From contig CAWHDR010000001.1 of assembly GCA_963828165.1 (NCBI GenBank), positions 832,001-896,000 on the forward strand: DNA of 64,000 nt. Reading direction: 5' to 3'. The notes beneath the pieces were generated by a model. The model worked only from the letters and a program-made list of their open reading frames with translations, ran no database searches and was not told the origin of the DNA. The DNA comes from an uncultured Chloroflexia bacterium. GTDB taxonomy: Bacteria > Chloroflexota > Limnocylindria > Limnocylindrales > CSP1-4. Positions 19,090 to 29,088 of the stretch are shown here, piece after piece. Made by a program: the position numbers and the translations under genes. The number at the start of each line of letters is the position of its first letter. The stretch's first letter is position 1.

Positions 19090-19500
19090 TCAGGGAGTGG
19101 CCGTGACGACGCCCGTCATGAAGTCGTGACGTGCGCAGAAGAACGGGTAGGTTCCTCCGTCGGTGAAGGTGTAGGTGAACTCGACGCCGGTATCGATCTC
19201 GCCAGAGTCGAACAATCCGGACGGGGTCGCGGGCGTGCCGGACGTGACCGTGTGAAGCGAGTCCTCGTCGTTGGTCCACGTGACCGTCGTCCCGACCGGC
19301 ACCGTCAGGTCATCCGGTGCGAACGCAAAGCCTTTGATGCTGATCGCATCAAGCCTCCGGGGCTCGGAAGATGGAGCGGATGCGGCCGGAGCCATCGGTG
19401 TCGAGGGTTCGGACGTCGCCCCAGGACTGGCGCATGCTGCGACCGCCAGGAACGAGACGAAGGCGAGGCTCGCGCGGGCAAGCTTGAGGACGATGGACAT
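19090..19500 (-). CDS. Cupredoxin (plastocyanin/amicyanin-like) lipoprotein
   Basis: Lipobox VAAC; VTWTN...HTVT and YPFFCARHDFM (His, Cys, His, Met type-1 Cu ligands); AGGAG RBS. Confidence 0.9.
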   Translation of the reverse strand: MSIVLKLARASLAFVSFLAVAACASPGATSEPSTPMAPAASAPSSEPRRLDAISIKGFAFAPDDLTVPVGTTVTWTNDEDSLHTVTSGTPATPSGLFDSGEIDTGVEFTYTFTDGGTYPFFCARHDFMTGVVTATP

Positions 19501-19534
19501 CGGGATCTCCTGCGATCGGGGATTGGACGACGCG

Positions 19535-19561
19535 GATACGCAGCCGCCGGCCATCCGGACG
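19535..19561 (-). promoter_or_regulatory. Putative ECF sigma promoter
   Basis: CGTCC-N16-CGTATC upstream of the cupredoxin gene. Confidence 0.55.
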
Positions 19562-19623
19562 AATACGAGGCGCGCCCCGTGGTGGCGCGGGACGGATCTG
19601 GTCGCTGGTTCGTTGATCTTGGT

Positions 19624-20208
19624 GTGACGCCCTCGACGAGCGCCGTACGGCTCCTCCTGTTTCGCGCCCATGACCCCTCGCCGCGCGAGCGCGTCCGCCC
19701 CGCCGCGAGCGAGGACACCGACACGTTCGAGCAGGTCTATCGCGATCACTACCGCGACGTGCAGCGCTACGCGCTGCTCATGACCGGGCGCCCCGACGAT
19801 GCCGACGACATCGTCAGCGACACGTTCCAGCGCGCATTCGCGGCCTGGCGCTCTGGACGCGGACCCGCGGGTCGGGCACTCCCGTGGCTGCTCCTGATCG
19901 CGCGCCGGATCATCACCGACCGCTGGCGTCGAGCCCGCATCATCCGGTGGCTGCCGCTCGGTGTTGCGGGCTCGACTGAACCGCGCGATGCGGACCGCGA
20001 GACGGATCGCTCGGAGTTCTGGCTATGGCTCGGGCAGCTCGCCCAGGTGCTGCCGGACCGCCAACGAGAGGTCGTCTACCTGCGCTACCAGCGCGACCTG
20101 AACGACGAGGAGATCGGCGAGATCCTCGGGCTGTCCGCATCCGGGGTCCGATCCCTCATCGCGAGGGCGATCGCCGCGCTTCGAAGGCATCCGGAGCTGT
20201 GGTCATGA
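19624..20208 (+). CDS. ECF sigma-70 factor
   Basis: FEQVYRDH, ADDIVSDTF, WLLLIARR, LPDRQREVVYLRY and EIGEILG; start approximate. Confidence 0.9.
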   Translation: MTPSTSAVRLLLFRAHDPSPRERVRPAASEDTDTFEQVYRDHYRDVQRYALLMTGRPDDADDIVSDTFQRAFAAWRSGRGPAGRALPWLLLIARRIITDRWRRARIIRWLPLGVAGSTEPRDADRETDRSEFWLWLGQLAQVLPDRQREVVYLRYQRDLNDEEIGEILGLSASGVRSLIARAIAALRRHPELWS

Positions 20209-21749
20209 CCATGGATCCGCGTGAGGCGGACGTCTGGGCGGGCCTCCTCGAGCGGCTCGAAGGGGTCGAGCGGCACCTGACGGAACCGCAGCCCTGGCGC
20301 GGCGCAGAGCCCGCGGGGACTGGGCGGGACGGGATCGCCCTGGGGCCTACGCTCGTCGCCCGCAAATCACCGGCGTCCCGCCGGCCTTCGTCTCGCCGGC
20401 CGCTCGGCGTGGGCAGCCTGGCCCTGGTCGCGGCGCTCCTCGTGGTGGCGCTCGTGGCGAGCCCGGCCGGACGGGATCGGTTCGGTACGTCGCCGCCACC
20501 GTCGGCATCCGGATCCGTTCCGCCGTCCGATGCAGCGGTGAGCGCCTGGGGCCCCCTCGCGGTCATCCCGCGCCAGGACGGCGCCGACACGGCGCGCACG
20601 GAGGGCACGCTGCGGATCACGGATACGTGCGTGATCCTGGAGCGACTGGGCGAGGTCCAGCTGTTGTTCTGGCCCGCCGACCGCACGACATGGGACCCGG
20701 GGTCACGAGCCATCACGTTCGAGAATTTCGACGGGACCGTGGTTACCGTCGGCGATGGCGACGACGTCGTCCTCGGAGGCGGTGGCGACAGCGAATCGGA
20801 GAGCGGCCTTTCGGGCGAGGCGTGGGTCGATCGAATGGAATGGGTATCGCCGCCGGGCCCGTCGTGCCCGCTCGAGACGCGCTGGGGCGTCGGTGCGGTC
20901 GAACGGGTCGGGGCCGGACCTGTGGCGTCGCCGGTCACGACCGCCACAGAACTCGCCGGCCTGAGGATGGTGGCCGCCTTCGATCGGCTGGAGGTCGAGG
21001 CCGGCGGCACCGTCACCGTCGCGCTGAGCATCGAGAACACCCGCGCGACGGACGTGGTCTTCGACGAGCCATGCTCCATCCAGACCATGACGGTGGAGGT
21101 TCGCGCCCCGATCGAGCCGATCGGCCGGGATTGGGATGGGATCGCCGCCGCCTTCAAGACGTACGCGCTGGAGGCCAGCGGCGGTACGCCCATCGAATCA
21201 TCGATCCGCGAGCCGCTGGAGACCGTCGCCAAGGCGCTGCCCTGCCACGCACCAGAGGGCGGCCTCGGGGTCGGTGGCGGCCTGAGGCTGATCGAAGCGG
21301 GCACGACCTACGAGACCGAGCTGACCTGGACCGCCGAGATCGTCCCCGACGTTCCTGCGGTCCCCGGTCCCGCGCCCTTCTCCATCAAAGTGCAGTTCGA
21401 CCACAAGGAGGCAGCCAACGGCCTGTTCACCATCGAGACGCTGGAGGTGACCGACACGATCGAGGTGCTGGACGGCGCACCGAGCGCGATCAGCGCCGGC
21501 CAGGCGCTCGACGCCGCGCTCGGCGATCGGCAGTTCGTGGACTGGCTCGAGCAGCAGCCGAAGGACGCGTGGGGGAACGCGAACCTGTTCCTCCAGGGCC
21601 GCGCGTTCGGTGTAGATGTACTGCCGGAGGTCCCCTACTGGGACGTGGAGCTGTACCGCGAACCGCGGAACTGGGCGGTCCTGTACATCGACGCCATGAG
21701 CGGCGACGTCCTACGCCGGAACTTCTGCAACATCCCCTGCGACCGCTGA
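20205..21749 (+). CDS. Putative anti-sigma factor: single-TM protein with a large extracytoplasmic region
   Basis: ATGA overlap with the sigma stop; one TM segment; Cys pairs including C-terminal CNIPC. Confidence 0.65.
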   Translation: MTMDPREADVWAGLLERLEGVERHLTEPQPWRGAEPAGTGRDGIALGPTLVARKSPASRRPSSRRPLGVGSLALVAALLVVALVASPAGRDRFGTSPPPSASGSVPPSDAAVSAWGPLAVIPRQDGADTARTEGTLRITDTCVILERLGEVQLLFWPADRTTWDPGSRAITFENFDGTVVTVGDGDDVVLGGGGDSESESGLSGEAWVDRMEWVSPPGPSCPLETRWGVGAVERVGAGPVASPVTTATELAGLRMVAAFDRLEVEAGGTVTVALSIENTRATDVVFDEPCSIQTMTVEVRAPIEPIGRDWDGIAAAFKTYALEASGGTPIESSIREPLETVAKALPCHAPEGGLGVGGGLRLIEAGTTYETELTWTAEIVPDVPAVPGPAPFSIKVQFDHKEAANGLFTIETLEVTDTIEVLDGAPSAISAGQALDAALGDRQFVDWLEQQPKDAWGNANLFLQGRAFGVDVLPEVPYWDVELYREPRNWAVLYIDAMSGDVLRRNFCNIPCDR

Positions 21750-21942
21750 GCTGCCGGACCGCCAGGTCGGGGCAGCACCATCCCGCTCGTCTGCCCGATG
21801 GCTGGCATCGCGCGAAGCGCAGCCTCGAGTGTCGACGTGGCCCCCTCCGAGTCGCGCTCGCGCTGATGCCAACCGAGAACGGGCCGAGGCAAGGAGCGCG
21901 GGATGCGGAACCGTGCGACGCGCGCCAGCCTTTGTCGGCGCG

Positions 21943-22494
21943 TCATGCGAGCGGGCGGACGAAGGCGAGCGCCGTGATCTCGGGGGCCTGTCCGTAGGGA
22001 AAGAACTCCCGCGCGGAAAAGTCGAACGATCGATCGCGCACGAAGCCGGTTCGCTCATACAACCTCATCGCGGACGTCATGAAGGCCGCGGTATGCAGGG
22101 CGATCGCGACCCGGGCGTCTGCTCTTGCCCGTTCCAGGCAAGCCTCGACAAGAGCGATGCCGAATCCGTGACCACGACCGGCCGGATCGACCGCCGTGGC
22201 CCGGATCCCCGCCGTGCCGGGCGGAAACCCCGGGCCCATCCCCTCGTCGTTGGCCTCGCGAAAGTACGTGATCGTTCCGACGATGCGGCCGTCCAATTCC
22301 GCGACCAGAACGTCACCGCCCGCGGCGAGGCGTCCTTCGAGGTCGGTGGCACTGGCCAGGTAGGAGCGGAAGAATCCCTGGGGGACCTGTCCTTCGAATT
22401 CGGCGTTCGCGCGAACGATCAGGGCGCGTGTCACCTCGAGCTCGCTGCTTCGGACGGGATGGATCTTCGAACTCACCATCGCCAGCATCGTCAT
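21943..22494 (-). CDS. GNAT N-acetyltransferase
   Basis: AVDPAGRGHGFG motif A and AMRLYERTGF; GGGAGG RBS. Confidence 0.88.
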   Translation of the reverse strand: MTMLAMVSSKIHPVRSSELEVTRALIVRANAEFEGQVPQGFFRSYLASATDLEGRLAAGGDVLVAELDGRIVGTITYFREANDEGMGPGFPPGTAGIRATAVDPAGRGHGFGIALVEACLERARADARVAIALHTAAFMTSAMRLYERTGFVRDRSFDFSAREFFPYGQAPEITALAFVRPLA

Positions 22495-22503
22495 CCTCCC
22501 GTA

Positions 22504-22546
22504 TACTCCAAGTTGGAGTACGGCCTTTTTACTCCAGAGTGGAGCA
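22504..22546. promoter_or_regulatory. Two palindromic operators, probably PadR sites
   Basis: TACTCCAA-g-TTGGAGTA (perfect) and TACTCCAgagTGGAGcA between the divergent GNAT and padR genes. Confidence 0.7.
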
Positions 22547-22553
22547 ACTGTCA

Positions 22554-23213
22554 ATGCCGAATCTGCGACTGTCCCCCACGTCCTACGCGATCCTCGGCCT
22601 GCTCGCGATCAAGCCGTGGTCCACGTATGAGATCACCAAGCAGATGCGGCGCGCGCTCCTCCATGTCTGGCCTCGCGCGGAGAGCAACCTCTACAAGGAG
22701 CCGCAGCGCCTCGTCGAAGCTGGACTCGCCACAGCCAGGCGGCGCCTGGTCGGCCGCCGGGAACGCACGGAGTACGCGATCACGACGGCGGGTCGCGCTG
22801 CGCTCGAAGCCTGGCTCGAGCGGCCATCGGCCCCCACGCGGCTTGAGTCCGAGGCGATGCTGAAGGTGCTCTTCGGAAACTACGCGTCCACCGCGACGCT
22901 GCAACGCAACCTCGCCGACTTCGCCACCGAGGCCGAGCTGACCGACGCGCCGTGGCGCGCGATCGCCCAGGAGTACATCGATGGCCAAGGGCCCTTCCCG
23001 GAGCGCATCCATGTCAACGTCCTGTACTGGGTCCTGCTCGATCGATGGGCGCGTCTTCGCGCCGACTGGGCTCGCTGGGCCGCGGCAGAGGTCGCGCGGT
23101 GGCCGGATGCCGGCGGTCCGGTCGATCGCGGCGAGATGCTGGCGATGCTCGAACGAGCGCTCGGGGATGAGCCGGACCTCCCGACTCGGCGCGCCGACGA
23201 GCCCGGTCGGTGA
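22554..23213 (+). CDS. PadR-family transcriptional regulator
   Basis: YAILGLL, SNLY..RL.EAGL and YAITTAGRAALEAWL. Confidence 0.9.
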   Translation: MPNLRLSPTSYAILGLLAIKPWSTYEITKQMRRALLHVWPRAESNLYKEPQRLVEAGLATARRRLVGRRERTEYAITTAGRAALEAWLERPSAPTRLESEAMLKVLFGNYASTATLQRNLADFATEAELTDAPWRAIAQEYIDGQGPFPERIHVNVLYWVLLDRWARLRADWARWAAAEVARWPDAGGPVDRGEMLAMLERALGDEPDLPTRRADEPGR

Positions 23214-23226
23214 GTGAGGTGGGACC

Positions 23227-23301
23227 TGGCGAGCCGGGTGGGATTCGAACCCACGACACAGGGATTAAAAGTCCCCTGCTCTGCCGCTGAGCTACCGGCC
23301 C
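23227..23301 (-). tRNA. tRNA-Lys(UUU)
   Basis: 75-nt cloverleaf GGGCCGG...GGGGA-CTTTTAA-TCCCT...TTCGAAT...CCGGCTC-G-CCA. Confidence 0.96.
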
Positions 23302-23318
23302 GCGGGAAGCGTACCGCG

Positions 23319-23867
23319 CTAGGCCCGCTCGTACGCCTCGCGCAGCCAGCCGCGGACCTCGTCGTCCAGCTCCTGTGGCCCGGATAGCCGCACCCGGTGC
23401 GTGCACATGCCAGTCGAGGCCTCGAGCCGCCCGTTCGGCTCGACGCCCTTCAGGTTCAGTCCGATCTCGAGACGTCCACCCGACGCCGGCCCGACCGTGC
23501 CGAACTGCTTCGATCGGCGCAACGCCACGTAGGCCTGCTTGGGCGCGAGCTCGATGTCGTCGCCGAGCCCACGCGCCAACGCGACGACCTGATCGTGGAG
23601 GGGCCTGAGGGATGCCTTCGGGCCGGCGTAGATGGTGTCGACGAGGGCGTCACCTTCCGGCGCGGTCGGGCCACGCAGCGCGGTCAGCGCGACCCGATTG
23701 GCATTGCCGTGGGACAACCCGTGCTCGGACTTCAGCCACGCCAGCACCTCCCCGTGCCGGGTCTTGCCGCTGGCGTTGACGAGCTCCGTCCACGCCGTCA
23801 TGGATCGGCCGGTCGACTGCTCGATGTTCCTGATCTGGGTCTGGAGTGCGTCGTCGAGGGTCGCCAT
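23319..23867 (-). CDS. DUF4287/DUF5655-like protein
   Basis: NIEQSTGRS...WLKSEHGLSHGNA, YVALRRSKQF and THRVRL...WLREAY. Confidence 0.8.
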   Translation of the reverse strand: MATLDDALQTQIRNIEQSTGRSMTAWTELVNASGKTRHGEVLAWLKSEHGLSHGNANRVALTALRGPTAPEGDALVDTIYAGPKASLRPLHDQVVALARGLGDDIELAPKQAYVALRRSKQFGTVGPASGGRLEIGLNLKGVEPNGRLEASTGMCTHRVRLSGPQELDDEVRGWLREAYERA

Positions 23868-23886
23868 GGGTCTCTCCTGCTCCGGC

Positions 23887-24867
23887 TCAGGCCGGCGGCG
23901 GTACTTCGGTCGGTAGGGGCTCACCGCGCACGCCGGCCAGCAGGTTCGCCGCCGCCATCGCGGCCATCTTGCCGCGTGTCGCGCGCGACGCCGAGGCGAT
24001 GTGCGGGACGATCAGGCAGTTGTCGAGCCCCACCAGCGGGTCGTCCATCGGGATCGGCTCGGGGTCGGTGACGTCGAGGCCGGCCGCCCAGATCCCGCCG
24101 TCACGCAACGCATCGGCAAGCGCCCGCTGGTCGACGACCGGACCGCGCGACGTGTTGACGAGGACGGCGGTCGGCTTCATCCAGGACAGTGTCTCGGCGT
24201 TGATCAGGTGCCGCGTGACCTCGGACAGGTTCACATGGAGCGAGACGAAGTCGCTCCGCGCCAGCAGGTCCTCGAGCGGCAGGAACGTCGCTCCGAACGG
24301 TTCCGTGACCTCGCGCGGCAGCTCCTGGACGTCGTGGTACAGGATCTCCATCCCGAACCCCTGCGCCCGTCGCGCCACCGCCTGGCCGATCCGCCCGAAC
24401 CCGACGATCCCGATCGTCGCGCCGTGGACATCTGGGCCGAGCAGGAGCAGCGGTCCCCACGTCTTCCAGTTGCCGGCGCGCACGTACCGGTCGCCCTCCG
24501 GCAGCCGTCGGGCGGCGGCCATCAGCAGCGCCCAGGCAAGGTCCGCGGTCGTATCGGTCAGCACGCCCGGGGTGTTGCCGACCGGGATGCCCCGCCGGGC
24601 GCAAGCGCCGACGTCGATGTTGTCGAAGCCCACGGCGTAGTTCGAGACGACCCGAAGCTTCTTCCCCGCGGCGTCGAGGAACTCGTCGTCGACCCGATCG
24701 GTCAGCAGCGTGAGGACGCCGTCGCAGCCGGCGACCCGGCGCAGGAGCTCGTCGCGTGGCGGCGGCAGGTCGCGTTCCCACAAATCCATCTCGCATGCCG
24801 CGCGGATCGCCTCCAGGCCCTCGTCGGGGATGACGCGCGAGACGAAGACGCTCGGCCTGTCAGCCAC
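23887..24867 (-). CDS. D-2-hydroxyacid dehydrogenase (glyoxylate/hydroxypyruvate reductase-like)
   Basis: [35 protein letters not shown] and PHIAS. Confidence 0.93.
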   Translation of the reverse strand: MADRPSVFVSRVIPDEGLEAIRAACEMDLWERDLPPPRDELLRRVAGCDGVLTLLTDRVDDEFLDAAGKKLRVVSNYAVGFDNIDVGACARRGIPVGNTPGVLTDTTADLAWALLMAAARRLPEGDRYVRAGNWKTWGPLLLLGPDVHGATIGIVGFGRIGQAVARRAQGFGMEILYHDVQELPREVTEPFGATFLPLEDLLARSDFVSLHVNLSEVTRHLINAETLSWMKPTAVLVNTSRGPVVDQRALADALRDGGIWAAGLDVTDPEPIPMDDPLVGLDNCLIVPHIASASRATRGKMAAMAAANLLAGVRGEPLPTEVPPPA

Positions 24868-26053
24868 GACCGAGGGCCTCGACGAAGCGGCCGATGCGGC
24901 CGAGTGCCTCGGTGAGGTTCTCGCGCGAGTTCGCGTACGAGACCCGGATGTGCTCGGTCCCAACGTCCCCGAACGCGGTCCCGGCCAGGACGCACACATC
25001 GGCCTCGTGCATCAGCCGCTCGGCCAGCTCCGCGCCGCTCAGGCCGGTCCCTGCGATCGACGGAAAGGCATAGAAGGCACCGAGCGGGGTCGCGCAGCGG
25101 ATGCCCGGGATCTCGTTGAGGCCCGCGACGATGAGGTCGCGGCGAGCCTTGAACTCGACCACCATCGCGTCGACGTCGTCCTGCGGCCCCACGAGCGCCT
25201 CTACCGCGCCGACCTGCGCGAACGTCGGTGCGCAGGAGATCGTGTTGATGATGAGCTGGGCGTAGGTCGGGATCAGCGACGTCGGCACGACCGCGTAGCC
25301 GAGCCGCCAGCCGGTCATCGCGAACGTCTTCGAGAAGCCGTCGAGGATGATCGTGCGTTCCGCCATCCCCGGGAGTGCCGCGATCGAGACGTGCTCCGCC
25401 CCGTCGTACAGGATCCGCCCGTAGATCTCGTCGGCCACGACCCACAGGTCGTGCTCGATGGCGAGCTCCGAGATGCGAGTCAGGTCGTCTCGGTTGAGGA
25501 CGCCACCGGTCGGGTTGGCGGGCGAGTTGATGAAGAGGACCCGCGTCCGGGGCGTGATGAGCGCCGCCAGCTCGTCGACATCGAGCCGGAACTCGTTCTC
25601 CATCCGGATGGGGATCGGCACCGGGGTCGCCCCGACGAACCGGGTGAGCGATTCGTAGATCGGGTAGCCGGGATCGGGGACGATGACCTCGTCGCCCGGA
25701 TCCACGAGCCCGAGGATCGCGTAGAGCATCACGCCCTTACCGCCCACGGTCACGAAGACCTGCGATGGGTCGGCGTCGACGCCCTTGCGCTTCGCGACAT
25801 CGGCGGCGATCGCCTCGCGCAGCGCGGGGATGCCGGGAAACGGCGCGTAATGCGTCTCGCCCTCGTCGAGCGCGCGCTTGGCGGCCGCCCGGACGTTCGC
25901 CGGCGTGTCGAAATCGGGCTCGCCGATCTGGAGGTAGATCATCGGCCGGCCCTCGGCCGCGAGCGCCCGGGCGCGGGCACTGACCTCGAAGGCACTCTCG
26001 GTGCCGATGGTGCCCATGCGGGCCGCGACGCGCCGGGCCTGGGTGACGGACAT
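24860..26053 (-). CDS. PLP-dependent aminotransferase class I (aspartate aminotransferase-like)
   Basis: [18 protein letters not shown] and [14 protein letters not shown]. Confidence 0.93.
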   Translation of the reverse strand: MSVTQARRVAARMGTIGTESAFEVSARARALAAEGRPMIYLQIGEPDFDTPANVRAAAKRALDEGETHYAPFPGIPALREAIAADVAKRKGVDADPSQVFVTVGGKGVMLYAILGLVDPGDEVIVPDPGYPIYESLTRFVGATPVPIPIRMENEFRLDVDELAALITPRTRVLFINSPANPTGGVLNRDDLTRISELAIEHDLWVVADEIYGRILYDGAEHVSIAALPGMAERTIILDGFSKTFAMTGWRLGYAVVPTSLIPTYAQLIINTISCAPTFAQVGAVEALVGPQDDVDAMVVEFKARRDLIVAGLNEIPGIRCATPLGAFYAFPSIAGTGLSGAELAERLMHEADVCVLAGTAFGDVGTEHIRVSYANSRENLTEALGRIGRFVEALGRG

Positions 26054-26069
26054 GGTGGGCCTCCTTACC

Positions 26070-26987
26070 CTACGGCAGCAGCGAGCGGATCGCGAAGGTG
26101 ACGTTGGCCGGCCGCTCGGCCAGCCGGCGCATGTACCAGGGATACCAGGCATCCCCGTAGGCGATGAGCGTCTGGACACGATAGCCCTCCCGGGCCAGCC
26201 GGAACTGCTCCCCGGTCCGGATCCCGTAGAGCATCTCGATCTCGAACCCGTCGCGCCCGATGCCCGATGGGGCGACGCCCGCAGCGATCCGCTCGATGAG
26301 CGCAACGTCGTGGGTGCCGAGGCCGAGTCGGATCGGGCGGCCTCGGCCTTCGGTCAGGAACGAGACGGCCAGCTCGAAGTAGCTGGCGTCCACCTCGCGG
26401 TTGCCGCGATACGCGATCGAGGCCGGCTCGTCGTAGGCGCCCTTGACCAGGCGGATCGCCGGGTCCAGCGGCCGCAGCCGCTCGATATCGGCCGCCGTTC
26501 GACGGAGGTAGGCCTGCAGGCAGATGCCGGTGCGCGGCTGGACGGCACGGACGCGTTCGTACAACCGCAGCGTGGCGTCCGTATAGGCGCTGCCCTCCAT
26601 GTCGATCCAGACGTAGGAGCCGGTCGTGGCGGCATGGGCCGCGAGGCGGGTGAGATGGGCGAGCGCCCGATCCTCGTCGATGTCCAGCCCGAGCTGTGTC
26701 GGCTTGACCGAGATCTCGCCGGCCAGGCCACGCGCCTCGATGGCGTCGAGCACGGCGATGTAGTGGTCGGCCACCGCGTCCGCCTCTGCCAGGCTCTCGA
26801 GGTTCTCGCCGAGCTTCGTGTACATCGTTCCGATGCCGGCAGCCTGCAGGGGCGCCGCGGCATCGAGCGCGGACTCCATCGTCTCGCCCGGCATGAACCG
26901 GCGGACAGCCCGGCGCATGAACCGCATGCGCGGCAGGTGGTCCCGCAGCCAGGCATTGCGGGCGGCCCACAGGAAGATCCGGCGCAT
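26070..26987 (-). CDS. Monofunctional proline dehydrogenase
   Basis: LGE, SVKPTQLG, IDME, LQAYL, RLVKGAY, GTHD, EMLYG and WYMRRLAERP. Confidence 0.93.
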   Translation of the reverse strand: MRRIFLWAARNAWLRDHLPRMRFMRRAVRRFMPGETMESALDAAAPLQAAGIGTMYTKLGENLESLAEADAVADHYIAVLDAIEARGLAGEISVKPTQLGLDIDEDRALAHLTRLAAHAATTGSYVWIDMEGSAYTDATLRLYERVRAVQPRTGICLQAYLRRTAADIERLRPLDPAIRLVKGAYDEPASIAYRGNREVDASYFELAVSFLTEGRGRPIRLGLGTHDVALIERIAAGVAPSGIGRDGFEIEMLYGIRTGEQFRLAREGYRVQTLIAYGDAWYPWYMRRLAERPANVTFAIRSLLP

Positions 26988-27757
26988 CAGGGCAGGGCCC
27001 GCACGAGGCCACCGTCGACCTGGACGATCGCGCCAGTCACGTACGACGCGGCCGGCGAGAGCAGGAACGCGCCGAGCCGACCAACCTCGACCGGGTCGCC
27101 GTAGCGAGCGAGCGGGATCTGGCCGATCATCGCGGCCGTGACCGCCTCGGGCGTCGCGCCCGTGCGGGCAGCCGTCGCGGCGTCGATCTCCTTGATGCGG
27201 TCGGTCGCCACCCTGCCGGGGGCGATGCCGTTGATCCGGATCGGGGCGATCTCGGCGGTCAGGGTCTTGATCAGCCCCGCCAGACCGGGTCGAAGCACGT
27301 TCGACGTCGTCAGGCCGGCGACGGGTTCGCGCGCCGTCGACGACAGGATGATGAGGATGGCCGGTCGGTCGCTCTCGCGCAGGTGGGGCAGGGCCGCGCG
27401 GATCAGGCGCAGGGCGCTCCGCAGGGTGCCATCGATCGCGCGGGTCCAGGCGTCTTCGTCGAGGTCCTCGAAGTCCCCTGGCGGCGGCCCGCCCGAGTTC
27501 ACGAGCAAAAGGTCCAGGCCCCCGAGCGCGGCGACCGCCCGATCCACGGCACTGCCCGGCCCATCCGGCGTCGACAGGTCGGTGTCGACGGCGACGGCGC
27601 CCGTCAGGCTCCCGACGGCGGCATCGAGCCGTTCCGACGGTCGGGCGGCGAGCGCGACGCGGGCTCCCTCACCGGTCAGGGCGGCCGCGATGGCGCCCCC
27701 CAGCCCGCCCGAGCCGCCGCCGATCAACGCCCGTGTCCCGTCGAGACCCAGGTCCAT
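26987..27757 (-). CDS. SDR family oxidoreductase
   Basis: GGSGGLG, NSGGPPPG, SNVLR (atypical active site) and VDGG. Confidence 0.88.
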   Translation of the reverse strand: MDLGLDGTRALIGGGSGGLGGAIAAALTGEGARVALAARPSERLDAAVGSLTGAVAVDTDLSTPDGPGSAVDRAVAALGGLDLLLVNSGGPPPGDFEDLDEDAWTRAIDGTLRSALRLIRAALPHLRESDRPAILIILSSTAREPVAGLTTSNVLRPGLAGLIKTLTAEIAPIRINGIAPGRVATDRIKEIDAATAARTGATPEAVTAAMIGQIPLARYGDPVEVGRLGAFLLSPAASYVTGAIVQVDGGLVRALP

Positions 27758-27851
27758 GTGTCGTGCTCCTCCACGTTTCGGACTCGATGGTACGCGCGCC
27801 CGTCGCGCGTTTGCGCCCTTCGCGCGCACGTCGGGCTAGAATCACCCAGCC

Positions 27852-28262
27852 ATGACCCGCTTCTTCGATATCGACGCCGCCAACGAGGCCCTCATCGAGG
27901 TCGGCCCGTTGCTCGCCACGCTTTCCGACCAGCGCGCCGAACTGATCCGCCTGCGCGATCGGGCGCTGGCGGCCCATTCCGCGGCCTCGGGCGGTGGCAC
28001 CGCCCCGGACGACCGCGAGGAGACCCAGACGATCCGCCTCCGGATGCAGGGGATCATCGACCAGATGGCCGCGGCCGTCGCCCGGATCGATGCACTCGGG
28101 ATCACGCTGCGCGATATCGAACAGGGCTTGATCGACTTCCCCGCCCTCACCGGTGGCCGCCAGGTGTGGCTGTGCTGGCAGCTGGGCGAATCGGACGTGG
28201 CGTTCTGGCACGAGCTCGAGACCGGGTTCGGCTCGCGGCGCCCGCTGATCGAGCTCCTGTGA
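27852..28262 (+). CDS. DUF2203-family protein
   Basis: GLIDFP, LCWQLGE, WH and GFGSRRP. Confidence 0.85.
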   Translation: MTRFFDIDAANEALIEVGPLLATLSDQRAELIRLRDRALAAHSAASGGGTAPDDREETQTIRLRMQGIIDQMAAAVARIDALGITLRDIEQGLIDFPALTGGRQVWLCWQLGESDVAFWHELETGFGSRRPLIELL

Positions 28263-28714
28263 CCAACCCGGGGCCCGTCGAGACGCGGGCACAGCGCCGG
28301 ACCGTGGTCGACGCCGACGGCCGCGCGAAGGCTTACCGGCCACTGGCGGTCGCTGAACGAACTGCAGCCGTCATCGCCGGCATGCGGGCCTACGACGCCG
28401 GCGACTTCTTCGAGGCCCACGAGCTGATGGAGCCCGCCTGGATGGGCACCGACGATCCGGCCGAACGCGAGCTCATCCAGGGCCTGATCAAGCTGGCCGC
28501 TGCCGACGTCCACGGGGTGCGCGGCAATCCCCGTGGGGTGGCACGGAATCTCGAGGGTGCCCGCGATCGACTCCGGCGCGTGCCGGACGGCGACGCGATC
28601 GCCGGACTCCGGTTCGACCTCCGGGGGGTGCTCGACTCGATCGATCGGCGCCTCGTCGAGCTGGCCGCGAACCACGCCACCGACCCGATCCCCGTCACCT
28701 GGAGCAGCCGATGA
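28259..28714 (+). CDS. DUF309-family protein
   Basis: GDFFEAHELMEPAW and QGLIKLAAA; GTGA/ATGA overlaps on both sides. Confidence 0.82.
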   Translation: MTNPGPVETRAQRRTVVDADGRAKAYRPLAVAERTAAVIAGMRAYDAGDFFEAHELMEPAWMGTDDPAERELIQGLIKLAAADVHGVRGNPRGVARNLEGARDRLRRVPDGDAIAGLRFDLRGVLDSIDRRLVELAANHATDPIPVTWSSR

Positions 28715-29079
28715 ACCCCGTTCCCGCGATCCCGACCGTCGACGTGGCGGAGGCCGAGCGTCGGCTGCGTGAGGACCCGGACGCCCCGATCCTGCTCGAC
28801 GTCCGTGAGGCCAACGAGTTCGAGGAGGTCCGAGCCCCGGGGGCGGTGCTCATGCCCATGTCGGCCTTCGCGGCCCGGGCCGGGGAGCTGCCGGCGGACC
28901 GACCGCTCATGGTCGTCTGCCATCTCGGCGGGCGGTCCGCTGCGGCGGCCGGGTTCCTGATCCGCTCGGGGCGCGCGAACGTCGTCAACGTCGGCGGCGG
29001 CATGGACGCCTGGGAGCGTGCCGGCCTGCCGGTTCGCCATGGCGCGCCCGCACCGGGTGAGGGCGACCTCCCCGGCTGA
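28711..29079 (+). CDS. Rhodanese-like domain protein
   Basis: LLDVRE, VVCHLGGRS and GGMDAW. Confidence 0.9.
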   Translation: MNPVPAIPTVDVAEAERRLREDPDAPILLDVREANEFEEVRAPGAVLMPMSAFAARAGELPADRPLMVVCHLGGRSAAAAGFLIRSGRANVVNVGGGMDAWERAGLPVRHGAPAPGEGDLPG

Positions 29080-29088
29080 CCCGTCCGG

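Noticed and set aside
16955-23301. Genomic island integrated at the tRNA-Lys 3' end
   Set aside because: No integrase, no duplicated tRNA 3' end and no obvious composition shift seen.
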